31,536 nucleotides of DNA from Nitrospira sp. (GTDB lineage: Bacteria; Nitrospirota; Nitrospiria; Nitrospirales; Nitrospiraceae): positions 1-31,536 of the forward strand of contig JANYEF010000144.1 in the NCBI GenBank assembly GCA_025363325.1. The letters run 5' to 3'. The translations under genes and the position numbers were made by a program. Shown piece by piece: positions 16,881 through 26,276 of this stretch. Positions within the stretch are counted from its first letter, which is position 1. Every line of letters starts with the position of its first letter. The notes under the pieces are model-generated. The model saw nothing but the letters and a program-made list of their open reading frames with translations, had not been told where the DNA came from and searched no databases.

Positions 16881-17756
16881 ATGTGGGTGTATCTCAATGA
16901 TCGGTTCGTGAAAGAAGAGGAGGCCGTCGTCTCCGTCTTCGATCATGGTTTTCTCTACGGCGATGGAGTCTATGAAACGATTCGCTCTTACGGAAGCCGG
17001 ATCTTCATGCGGGACCACCATCTTGCTAGGCTTCGCCGGTCTGCGGACGCGATCGGCCTGACCATCCCGATTCCCGAGCACAGGTGGCCGGCGCTCCTCC
17101 ACGAAGCGATGACGCGCAATGACGTCGGACACGAACAGACCGACGCGTACCTTCGCATCACCATCTCCCGAGGAGCCGGCGACATCGGCCTTGATCCGGC
17201 ACTGTGCCCGACCCCCACCGTGGTGATCATGACCAAACCACTTCACCCTCCCCCACCCGAACAATACCGTATCGGCGTCAACCTGATCGTCGCCAAAACG
17301 AGGCGGAACCTGCCCAGCGCGCTCTCGCCCCAGATCAAGGCCACCAACTTTTTGAACAATATCCTGGCCAAACGGGAAGCGATCGCGGTCGGCGCCTTCG
17401 ACAGCATCCTGCTCAATTGGGAATCGCATCTGACGGAATGCACCGTCAGCAATCTCTTTTTCGTCCGAACAGGTCGGCTTTGCACCCCAGCACTTGCCTG
17501 CGGCCTACTGGACGGTATCACGCGCGACATTGTGCTCAGCCTCGCGCGAGAAGCACAGATCCCGGTTGACGAAGGACATTTCGGGATCGAGGTGATCCAT
17601 AAGGCAAACGAGTGTTTTCTCACCAACACGAGTATGGAGGTAATGCCTGTCACCATGGTGGACGGGCATCCGGTTGGGGACGGAACCGCGGGACCTCTCA
17701 CCCAACAGCTCCACAAACTATTTATTGCCAACCGAGCGCGCTTTTTAGAGCCGTAG
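16881..17756 (+). CDS. Class IV PLP aminotransferase (aminodeoxychorismate lyase PabC / BCAT-like)
   Basis: DHGFLYGDGVYETIR, PLP lysine in IKATNFL, ECTVSNLF and LDGITR. The ATG at 16881 follows GAGG and lies 2 nt after the pabB stop; the ORF-track start at 16752 overlaps pabB. Confidence 0.85.
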   Translation: MWVYLNDRFVKEEEAVVSVFDHGFLYGDGVYETIRSYGSRIFMRDHHLARLRRSADAIGLTIPIPEHRWPALLHEAMTRNDVGHEQTDAYLRITISRGAGDIGLDPALCPTPTVVIMTKPLHPPPPEQYRIGVNLIVAKTRRNLPSALSPQIKATNFLNNILAKREAIAVGAFDSILLNWESHLTECTVSNLFFVRTGRLCTPALACGLLDGITRDIVLSLAREAQIPVDEGHFGIEVIHKANECFLTNTSMEVMPVTMVDGHPVGDGTAGPLTQQLHKLFIANRARFLEP

Positions 17757-17836
17757 CAGTTTCACCCCCCCTCACAGACCCCGTTGTTTTATTACATTAT
17801 TTATAACTGCCATCCAGGCACAAGATCTGCATTTTC

Positions 17837-17864
17837 TTGACACCCAGTGGCAGACTGGTATCGT
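17837..17864 (+). promoter_or_regulatory. Putative sigma70 promoter for the small lytic transglycosylase
   Basis: TTGACA (17837-17842), 16 nt ending in TGG, TATCGT (17859-17864). AT-rich tract upstream at about 17788-17810. Confidence 0.6.
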
Positions 17865-17871
17865 TGCAACC

Positions 17872-18525
17872 ATGCACAACACCTTTTCTCTACTCATAAC
17901 ATCCCTCAGGCGACACGCGGCCATTGGCCTCACCACGACGATGTTTGCAGGAATCGGCTCGCTGGTCTTTTCCGTGCCAACAACCACAGCAGAGATCTAT
18001 CAGTTTGTTGGACGCGACGGCTCGATCTCACTCACTAATGTCCCGTCAGACTCGCGCTATCGAAAAGTTGAGATTGAATCCATCCGACTCCACGCCACCT
18101 TGTCCGAGCGAGAACTCGAACCAGTCATTCGTCGGTACTCTTCGCAACACCAGCTCCATCCCGCGTTGATCCGAGCCGTTATCAAAGCTGAATCGAACTT
18201 TGATCCACGGGCGGTTTCTCGCGCTGGCGCGATCGGCCTGATGCAACTGATGCCGCAGACCGCCGTACGTCTGGATGTGCGGGATATGTATGATCCGGAT
18301 GATAATGTGGGCGGAGGGACGAAATACCTACGCCAGCTACTCGACCGCTTCCATGGGAATTTACCGCTAGCCCTTGCGGCCTACAATGCTGGAGAGAACG
18401 CGGTTGACCGCTATCAGGCACTTCCCCCGTTCGACGAAACCCGGCAATACGTCCGAAAGGTTCTCAAATACTACCGCACGTTCCTTGTCCACGATGGCGT
18501 CATCATGGAACGTCCGGTCAGCTGA
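17872..18525 (+). CDS. Small lytic transglycosylase (SLT domain with DUF4124-like N-terminus)
   Basis: EIYQFVGRDGSISLTNVP, IKAESNF, GAIGLMQLMP, AAYNAGE and ETRQYV; N-terminal hydrophobic segment. Overlaps nadB convergently by 8 nt. Confidence 0.9.
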   Translation: MHNTFSLLITSLRRHAAIGLTTTMFAGIGSLVFSVPTTTAEIYQFVGRDGSISLTNVPSDSRYRKVEIESIRLHATLSERELEPVIRRYSSQHQLHPALIRAVIKAESNFDPRAVSRAGAIGLMQLMPQTAVRLDVRDMYDPDDNVGGGTKYLRQLLDRFHGNLPLALAAYNAGENAVDRYQALPPFDETRQYVRKVLKYYRTFLVHDGVIMERPVS

Positions 18526-20161
18526 TACGCCCGCGCAGAGACAACAGCAACCCCCGAGATTTCTGAGCTGTCTTCCCACTAGCTACTTCCTCGCTCGAGA
18601 GGCGACTGTGCTGCTGCCAACCGGCACGCTTGGCCTCTGAAGAATCTGATCGGTAATGAGCCCCAACACTATTCTCTCGCCACAATGCCGCTTCCGCGAC
18701 GCATTGCGCTACCTGGACCATGTTCTTCACTTCCAGCGCCGCTCGAGTTGCAAACGGCTGGGCCACGAGCTGAGCCCACCGTGACAGTTGAGCACAGGCC
18801 CGAATGAGGGACTCGCCCGAGCGTATGACGCCGACCTGTCCCCACATCGTTCGCCGAAGTGAGCTTCGCAATTTTTCCGCATCCTCCAGTGTCCCGAATT
18901 GGCCCGCTCGGAGCGTGGCCTCCTGAGACAACGGCGCGGGAAACTCGTGTCGGTCGACAAACGCCACGGCTGCCGATGCCGCGCGCGCGCCAAACACCAA
19001 CCCTTCAAGCAACGAATTACTCGCCAGACGATTCGCTCCATGCACACCACTACAGGCCACCTCCCCGGCGGCAAAGAGCCCTGGAACCGTCGTCGCACCG
19101 TTCAGATCAGTCCAGACCCCGCCCATCATATAATGCGCGCTGGGAGACACAGGTATCCATTCCTCCGTGATATCGATATCGCAGCGAAGGCAGGTCGCAT
19201 AAATCGTCGGGAAACGCCGCTTCACGAACTCTGCACCCAAGTGGGTAACGTCAAGATAGACATGCCGCGCTTTGGTCGCCGCCATCTCCGCTAAGATCGC
19301 GCGCGAGACGATGTCTCTCGGCGCTAACGCGCCCATAGGGTGGTATCGCTGCATGAACAGCGCCCCTTTATTGTTGCGCAGCTGCGCACCCTCGCCTCGC
19401 ATCGCTTCCGACAGCAAAAACGGAGGACTCGACGGCAAATACAGTGCGGTGGGATGGAATTGAACGAACTCCATATCTTGGAGCACCGCGCCCGCGCGCA
19501 GTGCCATGGCCATCCCATCACCGGTGGCGTTCGGGGGATTGGTCGTCCGCGCATAGATCTGCCCGGCCCCGCCAGTGGTCAGCACGACCGCACGAGTCGG
19601 CAACACAAACTGGCGACCAGACCCTTCGTCCAACACAACCGCCCCACAGCAACGTCCGGCATCGACCACGAGATCCACGGTAAAGTGATGATCCAAACGC
19701 TGAATACGCTCCTGCCGTTTCACCTCGGCAATCAACACTCGCACCATCTCGTTCCCCGTCGCATCGCCCCGTGCGCGCAGAATGCGGCTTCGGCTGTGGG
19801 CCGCCTCCCGAGCAAACGCGAACTTACCGCCTACTTTGTCGAACTTGGCCCCCCACCCGATCAATTCTTGAATCCTCTCAGGTCCTTCTTCGACAAGAAC
19901 CCGCACCGCTTCTTTCCGGCAGAGCCCATGCCCCGCTTTGAGCGTGTCAGTTAAATGGATGGCCACGTCGTCTTCTTCACTCATCGCCACCGCCACCCCG
20001 CCCTGCGCATGAATCGAACTGCTCTGAAGCGGATGCCCTTTCGTCAGCACCATGACACGGCCGGAGCGGCTCAGCTCCAACGCCGCACGGAGACCGGCCA
20101 CACCGCTCCCAATGACCAGGAAATCGGCCTGTTCCGGAACACGGGATCGACGAGATGGCAT
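18518..20161 (-). CDS. nadB: L-aspartate oxidase
   Basis: IGSGVAGL FAD motif, AQGGVA, REAAHSRSRILRA, MEFVQFHPT, SEAMRGEG, LAPRDIVSRAI, HYMMGG, GVHGANRLASNSLLE and GAHYRSD. Confidence 0.95.
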   Translation of the reverse strand: MPSRRSRVPEQADFLVIGSGVAGLRAALELSRSGRVMVLTKGHPLQSSSIHAQGGVAVAMSEEDDVAIHLTDTLKAGHGLCRKEAVRVLVEEGPERIQELIGWGAKFDKVGGKFAFAREAAHSRSRILRARGDATGNEMVRVLIAEVKRQERIQRLDHHFTVDLVVDAGRCCGAVVLDEGSGRQFVLPTRAVVLTTGGAGQIYARTTNPPNATGDGMAMALRAGAVLQDMEFVQFHPTALYLPSSPPFLLSEAMRGEGAQLRNNKGALFMQRYHPMGALAPRDIVSRAILAEMAATKARHVYLDVTHLGAEFVKRRFPTIYATCLRCDIDITEEWIPVSPSAHYMMGGVWTDLNGATTVPGLFAAGEVACSGVHGANRLASNSLLEGLVFGARAASAAVAFVDRHEFPAPLSQEATLRAGQFGTLEDAEKLRSSLRRTMWGQVGVIRSGESLIRACAQLSRWAQLVAQPFATRAALEVKNMVQVAQCVAEAALWRENSVGAHYRSDSSEAKRAGWQQHSRLSSEEVASGKTAQKSRGLLLSLRGRIS

Positions 20162-20164
20162 GGA

Positions 20165-20674
20165 TTACTTCTTCTTGGAAGAACCTGTGGAGTCAGTCGT
20201 GGTCTGCCGAGCTTTCATACCGAATGGAGCATCGCCTTGAACCCCGCGCAAAAGAATCGACTGTGTGCCGACCCACTGCAATCGCGTATGGCCTCGCTGA
20301 CGGAGACCCGGATCGTCCGGATCTTTTTTCCACAGCCCTTGCCAATGCACGAAGACATCGATATCGTCCCCTTCGATCATAATGCGTTCGACCACGAAGT
20401 CCAACGTAATGGCGCTAAATGTCTCGAAATCGCCCTGGGCTTCTTCCCGCAGCCTGGCAAGCTGGTCAATCGGCATCATGAGCGAGGCCAGATCCGACGA
20501 ATCTTTCTTCACATAGGCTTGGCGAAGCGATTCCACTGCTCGATCGATACGGAGGTACCGTTCGTGATCTTCGGGATATTGAATCGACTTGCCACCGCAG
20601 CCGACGCCGATCAAGGATATCGAGCCGAGCAGGAGCAAGACGGGAAGCAGTGAGAATTTGTACGGTGACATCAT
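20165..20674 (-). CDS. Hypothetical lipoprotein
   Basis: Basic/hydrophobic signal peptide with lipobox (LIGVG-C). Stop lies 3 nt before the nadB start, so probably co-transcribed. Start moved from 20737 to 20674. Confidence 0.75.
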   Translation of the reverse strand: MMSPYKFSLLPVLLLLGSISLIGVGCGGKSIQYPEDHERYLRIDRAVESLRQAYVKKDSSDLASLMMPIDQLARLREEAQGDFETFSAITLDFVVERIMIEGDDIDVFVHWQGLWKKDPDDPGLRQRGHTRLQWVGTQSILLRGVQGDAPFGMKARQTTTDSTGSSKKK

Positions 20675-20798
20675 GGCTGTAGTATAGGAATGGGTATCAG
20701 GTAGGTCAAGCGGCCCGTGAGCCGACCCTCGCCGCATTGCAGGTCTCCCAGCCGCTCAGCCCCGATCCAATTATGATCAAATTAATCCGTTGATGACC

Positions 20799-20827
20799 TT
20801 GCAATTTAAGATAGAAACTTCTACACT
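20799..20827 (+). promoter_or_regulatory. Putative sigma70 promoter for the bS22-like small ORF
   Basis: TTGCAA (20799-20804), 17 nt, TACACT (20822-20827); AGGAG RBS at 20839-20843. Confidence 0.6.
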
Positions 20828-20852
20828 CCGCAGCTCGCAGGAGAGAGAACGT

Positions 20853-20948
20853 ATGTCCAGTGTGCTAAAAAAACGCCGTAAAAAAATGCGCAAGCACAAG
20901 TACAAGAAGTTGCGCCGGCGTCAAAAATTTGAACGTCGTAAAAGCTAG
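20853..20948 (+). CDS. 31-aa basic protein, AURKAIP1/COX24 (DUF1713) / ribosomal bS22-like
   Basis: Hand-translated: MSSVLKKRRKKMRKHKYKKLRRRQKFERRKS. Matches the family pattern MxSVxKKRRxxMxKxKxxK; has its own RBS and promoter. Confidence 0.85.
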   Translation: MSSVLKKRRKKMRKHKYKKLRRRQKFERRKS

Positions 20949-20977
20949 GCTCACCCGAAAATGGGGAGGAGGGGTCC

Positions 20978-21196
20978 GTGCCCGAAGGCAAGAAGGTTCG
21001 CATCCGCGTCCGGACTGTGAACTGCGTCTACGTTGGCGACTTTCTCATACCTCCCATGCGGAATCGTGTGTCCGATGCGATCAACGAAGAGCAACGTCTC
21101 TTTATCAGCCTCACCGACGTGGTGATCAATGATACGGATCGCTCGGACTTCGTGGCCGTCAACAAGAACCTGATCGAGTCCATCGCACAGCTGTAG
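20978..21196 (+). CDS. Small conserved hypothetical protein, DUF6812-like
   Basis: GTG start with GGAGGAG RBS. The G..L.....RVSD.IN...F..LTD...F.AVNK..I pattern is recalled as DUF6812-like and was not verified by search. Confidence 0.65.
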   Translation: MPEGKKVRIRVRTVNCVYVGDFLIPPMRNRVSDAINEEQRLFISLTDVVINDTDRSDFVAVNKNLIESIAQL

Positions 21197-21284
21197 CTGT
21201 CGACAACGCCTCAGGCTTGAGTTTCCCTCTCCGCCGTTCTTTCTTGGTTTTCCGTAGCCACCTCCTCTAAGATCCCCCCTCATC

Positions 21285-23015
21285 ATGTCCACCTTCTCAC
21301 GATTTCTCCCGTTCCTGAAGCCCTACCTATCCCGCATGGTGCTGGCAGGCCTGCTGGTCATGGGTGTCGCTGCGATCAATCTGGCCCTGCTGCGGTTGGC
21401 CGGTACCCTGTGGGACATCATAACCGTGCAGCACGACCAGCCCAGGATGACGGATTTGATCACCGTCTTTCTCGGGCTCGTCGTCCTGCAAGGGCTCTGT
21501 TCGATGGGCCATAGCTATCTGACTGCATGGATTTCGCAGCGCATCGTCGCCGACTTTCGCCAACATCTCTTTGCGCATCTGCATACCTTATCGGTGAGCT
21601 TCTTTGCCCGACGGCGAACCGGCGAACTCCTTTCACGGCTCATGAATGACGTGACGGTTATTCAATCCGTCGTCACCGAAACGCCGATCGACAGTGCCAA
21701 ACAGCTCGTGACCTTCGTCGGAGGGATCACGTTCCTACTGACGATGAATTGGCGGCTCTGCCTCTTAATCCTGGTTCTGCTCCCTTTGCTCGTCCTCGTG
21801 GCCAAGTTCTTTGGGCGAAGACTGAAATCCCTCTCGACCTCGATTCAAGACCAAACCGCTGCATTGAGCACCCTGATCGAGGAAGTCATCTCCGGCATCC
21901 GGATCGTGAAGTCCTTTGTCCAAACAGAGCGCGAAAAGACTAGGTTTGCCGCGCAAGTCGAACAGACCTTGGCGTTGACGATGCGAAAGGCCGGCGTCAT
22001 GGCGGTGTTCATTCCCGTCATCAGCCTCCTCACGTTCTCTGCTGCAGCGGCGGTGTTGTGGTATGGGGGGCGGCAGGTCATCGACGGAAGCGTGTCGCCG
22101 GGCGACCTCTTTGCATTCGTCCTTTTTGCTGGAATTCTGATCGGCCCCTTCAGTTCCGCTGCTCGCGTATTCGCGCAGATTAAGGAAGCGCAGGGTGCCA
22201 CTCAACGGGTGTTTGAAATTCTCGACACACGTTCCGAGGTAAGCGACTCCCCTACGGCCACGCCACTGTCCACCGTATCGGGACATATCCGGGTGGAGCA
22301 CGTCAGCTTTGCCTACGATCCACGCCAACCAGTCTTGACGGATGTGTCGTTCGAAGCCAAGCCAGGCGAACTGGTCGCCATCGTCGGTCCCACCGGAGCC
22401 GGAAAGACGACCATGATGAACTTGCTCCACCGCTTCTACGATCCGACTGAGGGGCACGTCTCCATCGACGGGCAAGATCTCCGCCAGGTCACCATGGACA
22501 GTTGGTACCGGCAGATCGCGCTGGTCCCCCAAGAGACGATCTTGTTCGGCGGAACGATTCTCGACAATATCCGCTACGGAGACGGGAAGGCCACTCAGGA
22601 AGAAGTCGTGGCGGCGAGCCGTGCGGCTCACGCCCACGACTTCATCATGAGCTTCCCGGACCAGTACCAGACCATCGTGGGGGAAAAGGGAATCAATGTG
22701 TCGGGCGGACAGCGGCAGCGCATCGCCATCGCCAGGGCCATCGTGAAAAATCCACGAATCTTATTGTTGGATGAAGCCACCTCTGCCCTCGACAGTGAGT
22801 CGGAACGACTCGTCCAGGAGGCGCTAGAACAACTCATGAAAGGCCGAACGACCTTTGTGATCGCCCACCGCTTAACGACCATCCAACGAGCGGATCGCAT
22901 TCTCGTCCTCAACAAAGGGCGCCTCGTGGAAACCGGTACCCATGCCGAACTGATAGACCGTAAAGGTCTCTACCAATACCTCTACACCCTTCGGCTCACC
23001 GAACTCCCCGCCTAG
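21285..23015 (+). CDS. MsbA-like ABC exporter, fused TMD-NBD
   Basis: Six-TM N-terminal domain (TGELLSRLMND), Walker A GPTGAGKT, signature SGGQRQR, Walker B ILLLDE and H-loop IAHRL. Confidence 0.93.
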   Translation: MSTFSRFLPFLKPYLSRMVLAGLLVMGVAAINLALLRLAGTLWDIITVQHDQPRMTDLITVFLGLVVLQGLCSMGHSYLTAWISQRIVADFRQHLFAHLHTLSVSFFARRRTGELLSRLMNDVTVIQSVVTETPIDSAKQLVTFVGGITFLLTMNWRLCLLILVLLPLLVLVAKFFGRRLKSLSTSIQDQTAALSTLIEEVISGIRIVKSFVQTEREKTRFAAQVEQTLALTMRKAGVMAVFIPVISLLTFSAAAAVLWYGGRQVIDGSVSPGDLFAFVLFAGILIGPFSSAARVFAQIKEAQGATQRVFEILDTRSEVSDSPTATPLSTVSGHIRVEHVSFAYDPRQPVLTDVSFEAKPGELVAIVGPTGAGKTTMMNLLHRFYDPTEGHVSIDGQDLRQVTMDSWYRQIALVPQETILFGGTILDNIRYGDGKATQEEVVAASRAAHAHDFIMSFPDQYQTIVGEKGINVSGGQRQRIAIARAIVKNPRILLLDEATSALDSESERLVQEALEQLMKGRTTFVIAHRLTTIQRADRILVLNKGRLVETGTHAELIDRKGLYQYLYTLRLTELPA

Positions 23016-23138
23016 CAGGATGCTGAAAAAGTCCGCCAGCGGCGTTCTCGCTTCGCTCAGAAGCTCAACGTACCGAAGCGTACGCCTCGCCGCTTCGCTC
23101 GCTGCGGCCTTGCTGGACGGCCTTTTTGAGCATCCTGC
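23015..23138. mobile_element. 124-bp MITE-like element with about 26-bp imperfect terminal inverted repeats
   Basis: Left end GCAGGATGCTGAAAAAGTCCGCCAGC; reverse complement of right end GCAGGATGCTCAAAAAGGCCGTCCAGC. Internal hairpin CGTAC-cgaagc-GTACG; non-coding. Related ends recur at 23288, 23434 and 29318. Confidence 0.7.
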
Positions 23139-23287
23139 GTAGCATTATCCTATAGTCCTTGAAATGGGGGCGATTGACTTTTCATCGTGCCACAACAGTT
23201 TTTCCAAAGACCCCTCGAAGATTTGCCGCGATCGTTCCGCAACTCGACTCAGTTTCCGCCCTAGACCGACCGATAACGGAAGAGCCT

Positions 23288-23434
23288 GCAGGATGCCCAA
23301 ACAGGCCGTCCAGCGAGCCGTGAAACGTGAATCGTTAAACGTGAAAGGTTTCGGAAGAAGAGCATTCGGCAGCCATACGTTTCACCTTTTACGGCACTTG
23401 AAAGCGCTGCTGGCGGACTGAATCGGTTTCCTGC
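23288..23434. repeat. Degenerate inverted second copy of the MITE-like element with a heptamer-array core
   Basis: Starts GCAGGATGCCCAAACAGGCCGTCCAGC and ends GCTGGCGGACTGAATCGGTTTCCTGC. Core CGTGAAA-CGTGAAT-CGTTAAA-CGTGAAA (23319-23346), with complementary TTTCACC-TTTTACG (23380-23393). Confidence 0.6.
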
Positions 23435-23497
23435 TAGGGTTCTAAGAAAAGTCCTGCTCCGCCGACTGCTCTCCTACACGAACCGCTGAGGAGTCCC

Positions 23498-26188
23498 ATG
23501 CCACATTCACGCCGAACCACCCCATTAGACTCAGCCAGTCCAGCGCCGCTCATCGCGGAACAGCAGCGTCTTGAGGAAGACGCCCGCCGGCAGGAACATT
23601 GGAAACGCTGGGGGCCCTATCTCAGCGAACGGGCCTGGGGGACCGTCCGCGAAGACTACAGCCCGCACGGAACCGCCTGGGAATCGTTTCCTCACGACCA
23701 TGCTCGTTCGCGCGCCTATCGCTGGAATGAGGACGGACTGGCCGGCATTTCCGATCGTCATCAATATATCTGCTTCGCCATCGCCCTCTGGAACGGACGA
23801 GATCCTATTCTGAAAGAACGGATCTTCGGCCTCACGGGCAACGAAGGGAATCACGGTGAAGACGTCAAAGACTATTACTTCTACCTCGATTCGACCCCGA
23901 CCCACTCCTACATGAAGTACCTCTACAAGTACCCGCAGGCGGAGTTCCCCTATGCGAAGCTCGTCGAGGAGAGTCGTCGACGGGGCCGGCGGGACTTGGA
24001 ATACGAACTGATCGACACCGGCGTCTTCGACGAGAATCGCTACTTCGATGTCATCGTGGAATATGCCAAGGCCTCACCCGAGGATCTGCTGATCCGCATT
24101 CACGTCGTCAACCATGGGCCCGATCCTGCTGAGTTGACACTCCTCCCGACACTCTGGTTTCGGAACACCTGGTCCTGGGGGCTCGACGCGCGCCGGCCGC
24201 GAATGCGTGAAGGAGACGCCGCCAAGGGCATGAGCGTCATCGAGCTGGACCACGAGTACTACGGCCGACGACGCCTCTGGTGTGAGCGACAGCCGCCATT
24301 GCTGTTCACAGAGAACGAGACAAACACCAGTCGGCTCTATGGCGATGCGGAGGGAGGCCGGTATGTGAAAGACAGCTTTCATGACTACGTGGTACAGGGC
24401 GACAAAGGGGCGGTGAATCCCCACAAGATCGGGTCGAAAGCCGCCGCCCACTACACCCTCTCATTGGCCCCTGGCGCATCGGACACCATCCATCTTCGCT
24501 TAACGAACGAAGATAGCGAGAAGGGTCTCACGTTCGAGGCGTTCGACGCCACGTTCATGCAGCGGATTCAGGAGGCCAACGAGTTCTACAACGCACTCGC
24601 GCCGCCCGATCTCTCCGAAGACGCACGCCGTGTCCAGCGGCAAGCGTTTGCCGGCCTCCTCTGGAGCAAGCAGTTCTACCATTACGACGTCAATCGGTGG
24701 CTGAAGGGCGACCCGACTTGGTCCGAACCGCCCAGAGAACGGCTCCATGGACGCAACTCGGATTGGACCCATCTTTACAACGCCGACGTCATCTCCATGC
24801 CGGACAAGTGGGAGTATCCCTGGTATGCCGCATGGGATCTCGCATTTCACTGCATTCCGCTGGCGTTGGTGGATGCGACCTTTGCCAAGGAGCAGCTGAT
24901 CCTGATGCTCCGTGAGTGGTACATGCACCCGAACGGCCAGATTCCCGCCTACGAATGGGCGTTTGGAGATGTGAATCCTCCCGTGCATGCGTGGGCGGCC
25001 TGGCGCATCTACAAGATCGACAAGAAACGGAAGGGTGTAGGCGATCGCGTCTTCTTGGAGCGCGTGTTTCACAAATTGCTCTTGAATTTCACCTGGTGGG
25101 TGAATCGGAAAGACACCGAAGGGAAAAATATCTTCCAGGGCGGATTCCTGGGCCTCGATAACATCGGGGTCTTCGACCGCAGCGCGCCGTTGCCGACCGG
25201 CGGGCATATCGAACAATCGGATGCGACGAGTTGGATGGGCATGTATTGCCTCAACATGCTCTCGATCGCGTTGGAACTGGCCCGAGAAAATCGGGCGTAC
25301 GAGGACGTCGCCAGCAAATTTTTCGAGCACTTCGTCTACATCTGCCGAGCCATGAACAACATCGGTGGGGAGAAAATCGAACTGTGGAACAAAGAAGACG
25401 GATTTTTCTACGACGTCCTGCATCTTCCTGACGGGCAGACGCTTCCCTTGAAGGTCCGGTCACTGGTCGGGTTGATCCCGCTCTTTGCCGTGGAGACGTT
25501 AGATTCTGAACTGATCGATAGCCTTCCCCGGTTTAAACACCGCATGCAGTGGTTCATTGAAAACCGGCCCGACTTCAGCGCGCACGTGGAAACCCAATCA
25601 CATGACGGCGAGGTCCGGCGCTTCCTATCGCTAGTGAGCCGCGACCGGCTGAAATCCGTGTTGCGTTATATGTTGGACGAAGGGGAATTCCTGTCTCCCT
25701 TCGGCATCCGCGCCCTCTCGCGCTACCACAAGGATCACCCCTACGTCCTATCGGCAATGGGCATGGACTATCGAGTGGACTATGAGCCGGCCGAATCGAG
25801 CACGGGAAATTTTGGCGGGAACTCCAACTGGCGTGGCCCAATTTGGTTTCCCGTCAACTATCTGCTGATCGAATCGCTCCAGAAATTCCATTACTTCCTT
25901 GGCGACGACTATAAAATCGAATGTCCGACCGGCTCTGGTCGGACCATCCCCTTGAACGAAGTCGCTGCGGAATTATCACGGCGGCTCACCCGCATCTTTC
26001 TCCGCGACCAAGCCGGGCGACGCCCCGTCTTCGGAGACACCGCCAAGTTCCAGGAAGATCCCCTCTGGCGAGACGCGGTTCCCTTCTACGAATACTTCCA
26101 TGGAGACAACGGCTCCGGCATCGGCGCCAGTCACCAAACGGGATGGACAGGATTGGTGGCGAAACTGATTCAGCAGTCAGGGGAATAG
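23498..26188 (+). CDS. MGH1-like/GH63-like (alpha/alpha)6 glucosidase
   Basis: [51 protein letters not shown] and [19 protein letters not shown]; GAGGAG RBS. Confidence 0.88.
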   Translation: MPHSRRTTPLDSASPAPLIAEQQRLEEDARRQEHWKRWGPYLSERAWGTVREDYSPHGTAWESFPHDHARSRAYRWNEDGLAGISDRHQYICFAIALWNGRDPILKERIFGLTGNEGNHGEDVKDYYFYLDSTPTHSYMKYLYKYPQAEFPYAKLVEESRRRGRRDLEYELIDTGVFDENRYFDVIVEYAKASPEDLLIRIHVVNHGPDPAELTLLPTLWFRNTWSWGLDARRPRMREGDAAKGMSVIELDHEYYGRRRLWCERQPPLLFTENETNTSRLYGDAEGGRYVKDSFHDYVVQGDKGAVNPHKIGSKAAAHYTLSLAPGASDTIHLRLTNEDSEKGLTFEAFDATFMQRIQEANEFYNALAPPDLSEDARRVQRQAFAGLLWSKQFYHYDVNRWLKGDPTWSEPPRERLHGRNSDWTHLYNADVISMPDKWEYPWYAAWDLAFHCIPLALVDATFAKEQLILMLREWYMHPNGQIPAYEWAFGDVNPPVHAWAAWRIYKIDKKRKGVGDRVFLERVFHKLLLNFTWWVNRKDTEGKNIFQGGFLGLDNIGVFDRSAPLPTGGHIEQSDATSWMGMYCLNMLSIALELARENRAYEDVASKFFEHFVYICRAMNNIGGEKIELWNKEDGFFYDVLHLPDGQTLPLKVRSLVGLIPLFAVETLDSELIDSLPRFKHRMQWFIENRPDFSAHVETQSHDGEVRRFLSLVSRDRLKSVLRYMLDEGEFLSPFGIRALSRYHKDHPYVLSAMGMDYRVDYEPAESSTGNFGGNSNWRGPIWFPVNYLLIESLQKFHYFLGDDYKIECPTGSGRTIPLNEVAAELSRRLTRIFLRDQAGRRPVFGDTAKFQEDPLWRDAVPFYEYFHGDNGSGIGASHQTGWTGLVAKLIQQSGE

Positions 26189-26197
26189 GGGGAGCCT

Positions 26198-26260
26198 ATG
26201 GCAAATGGCTGATAGCGTATAGCAAGAAACTCTTGCCATCGGCCATACGCCATACGCTCT
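26198..26260. repeat. 7-bp-periodic palindromic array (4 units + 7-nt loop + 4 complementary units)
   Basis: ATGGCAA ATGGCTG ATAGCGT ATAGCAA GAAACTC TTGCCAT CGGCCAT ACGCCAT ACGCTCT; exactly 63 nt. Confidence 0.7.
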
Positions 26261-26276
26261 TGATGAGAAAAACGCC

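Noticed and set aside
23164-23421. 85-aa ORF between the ABC transporter and the glucosidase
   Set aside because: It runs through repeat copy 2, with no RBS or motif.
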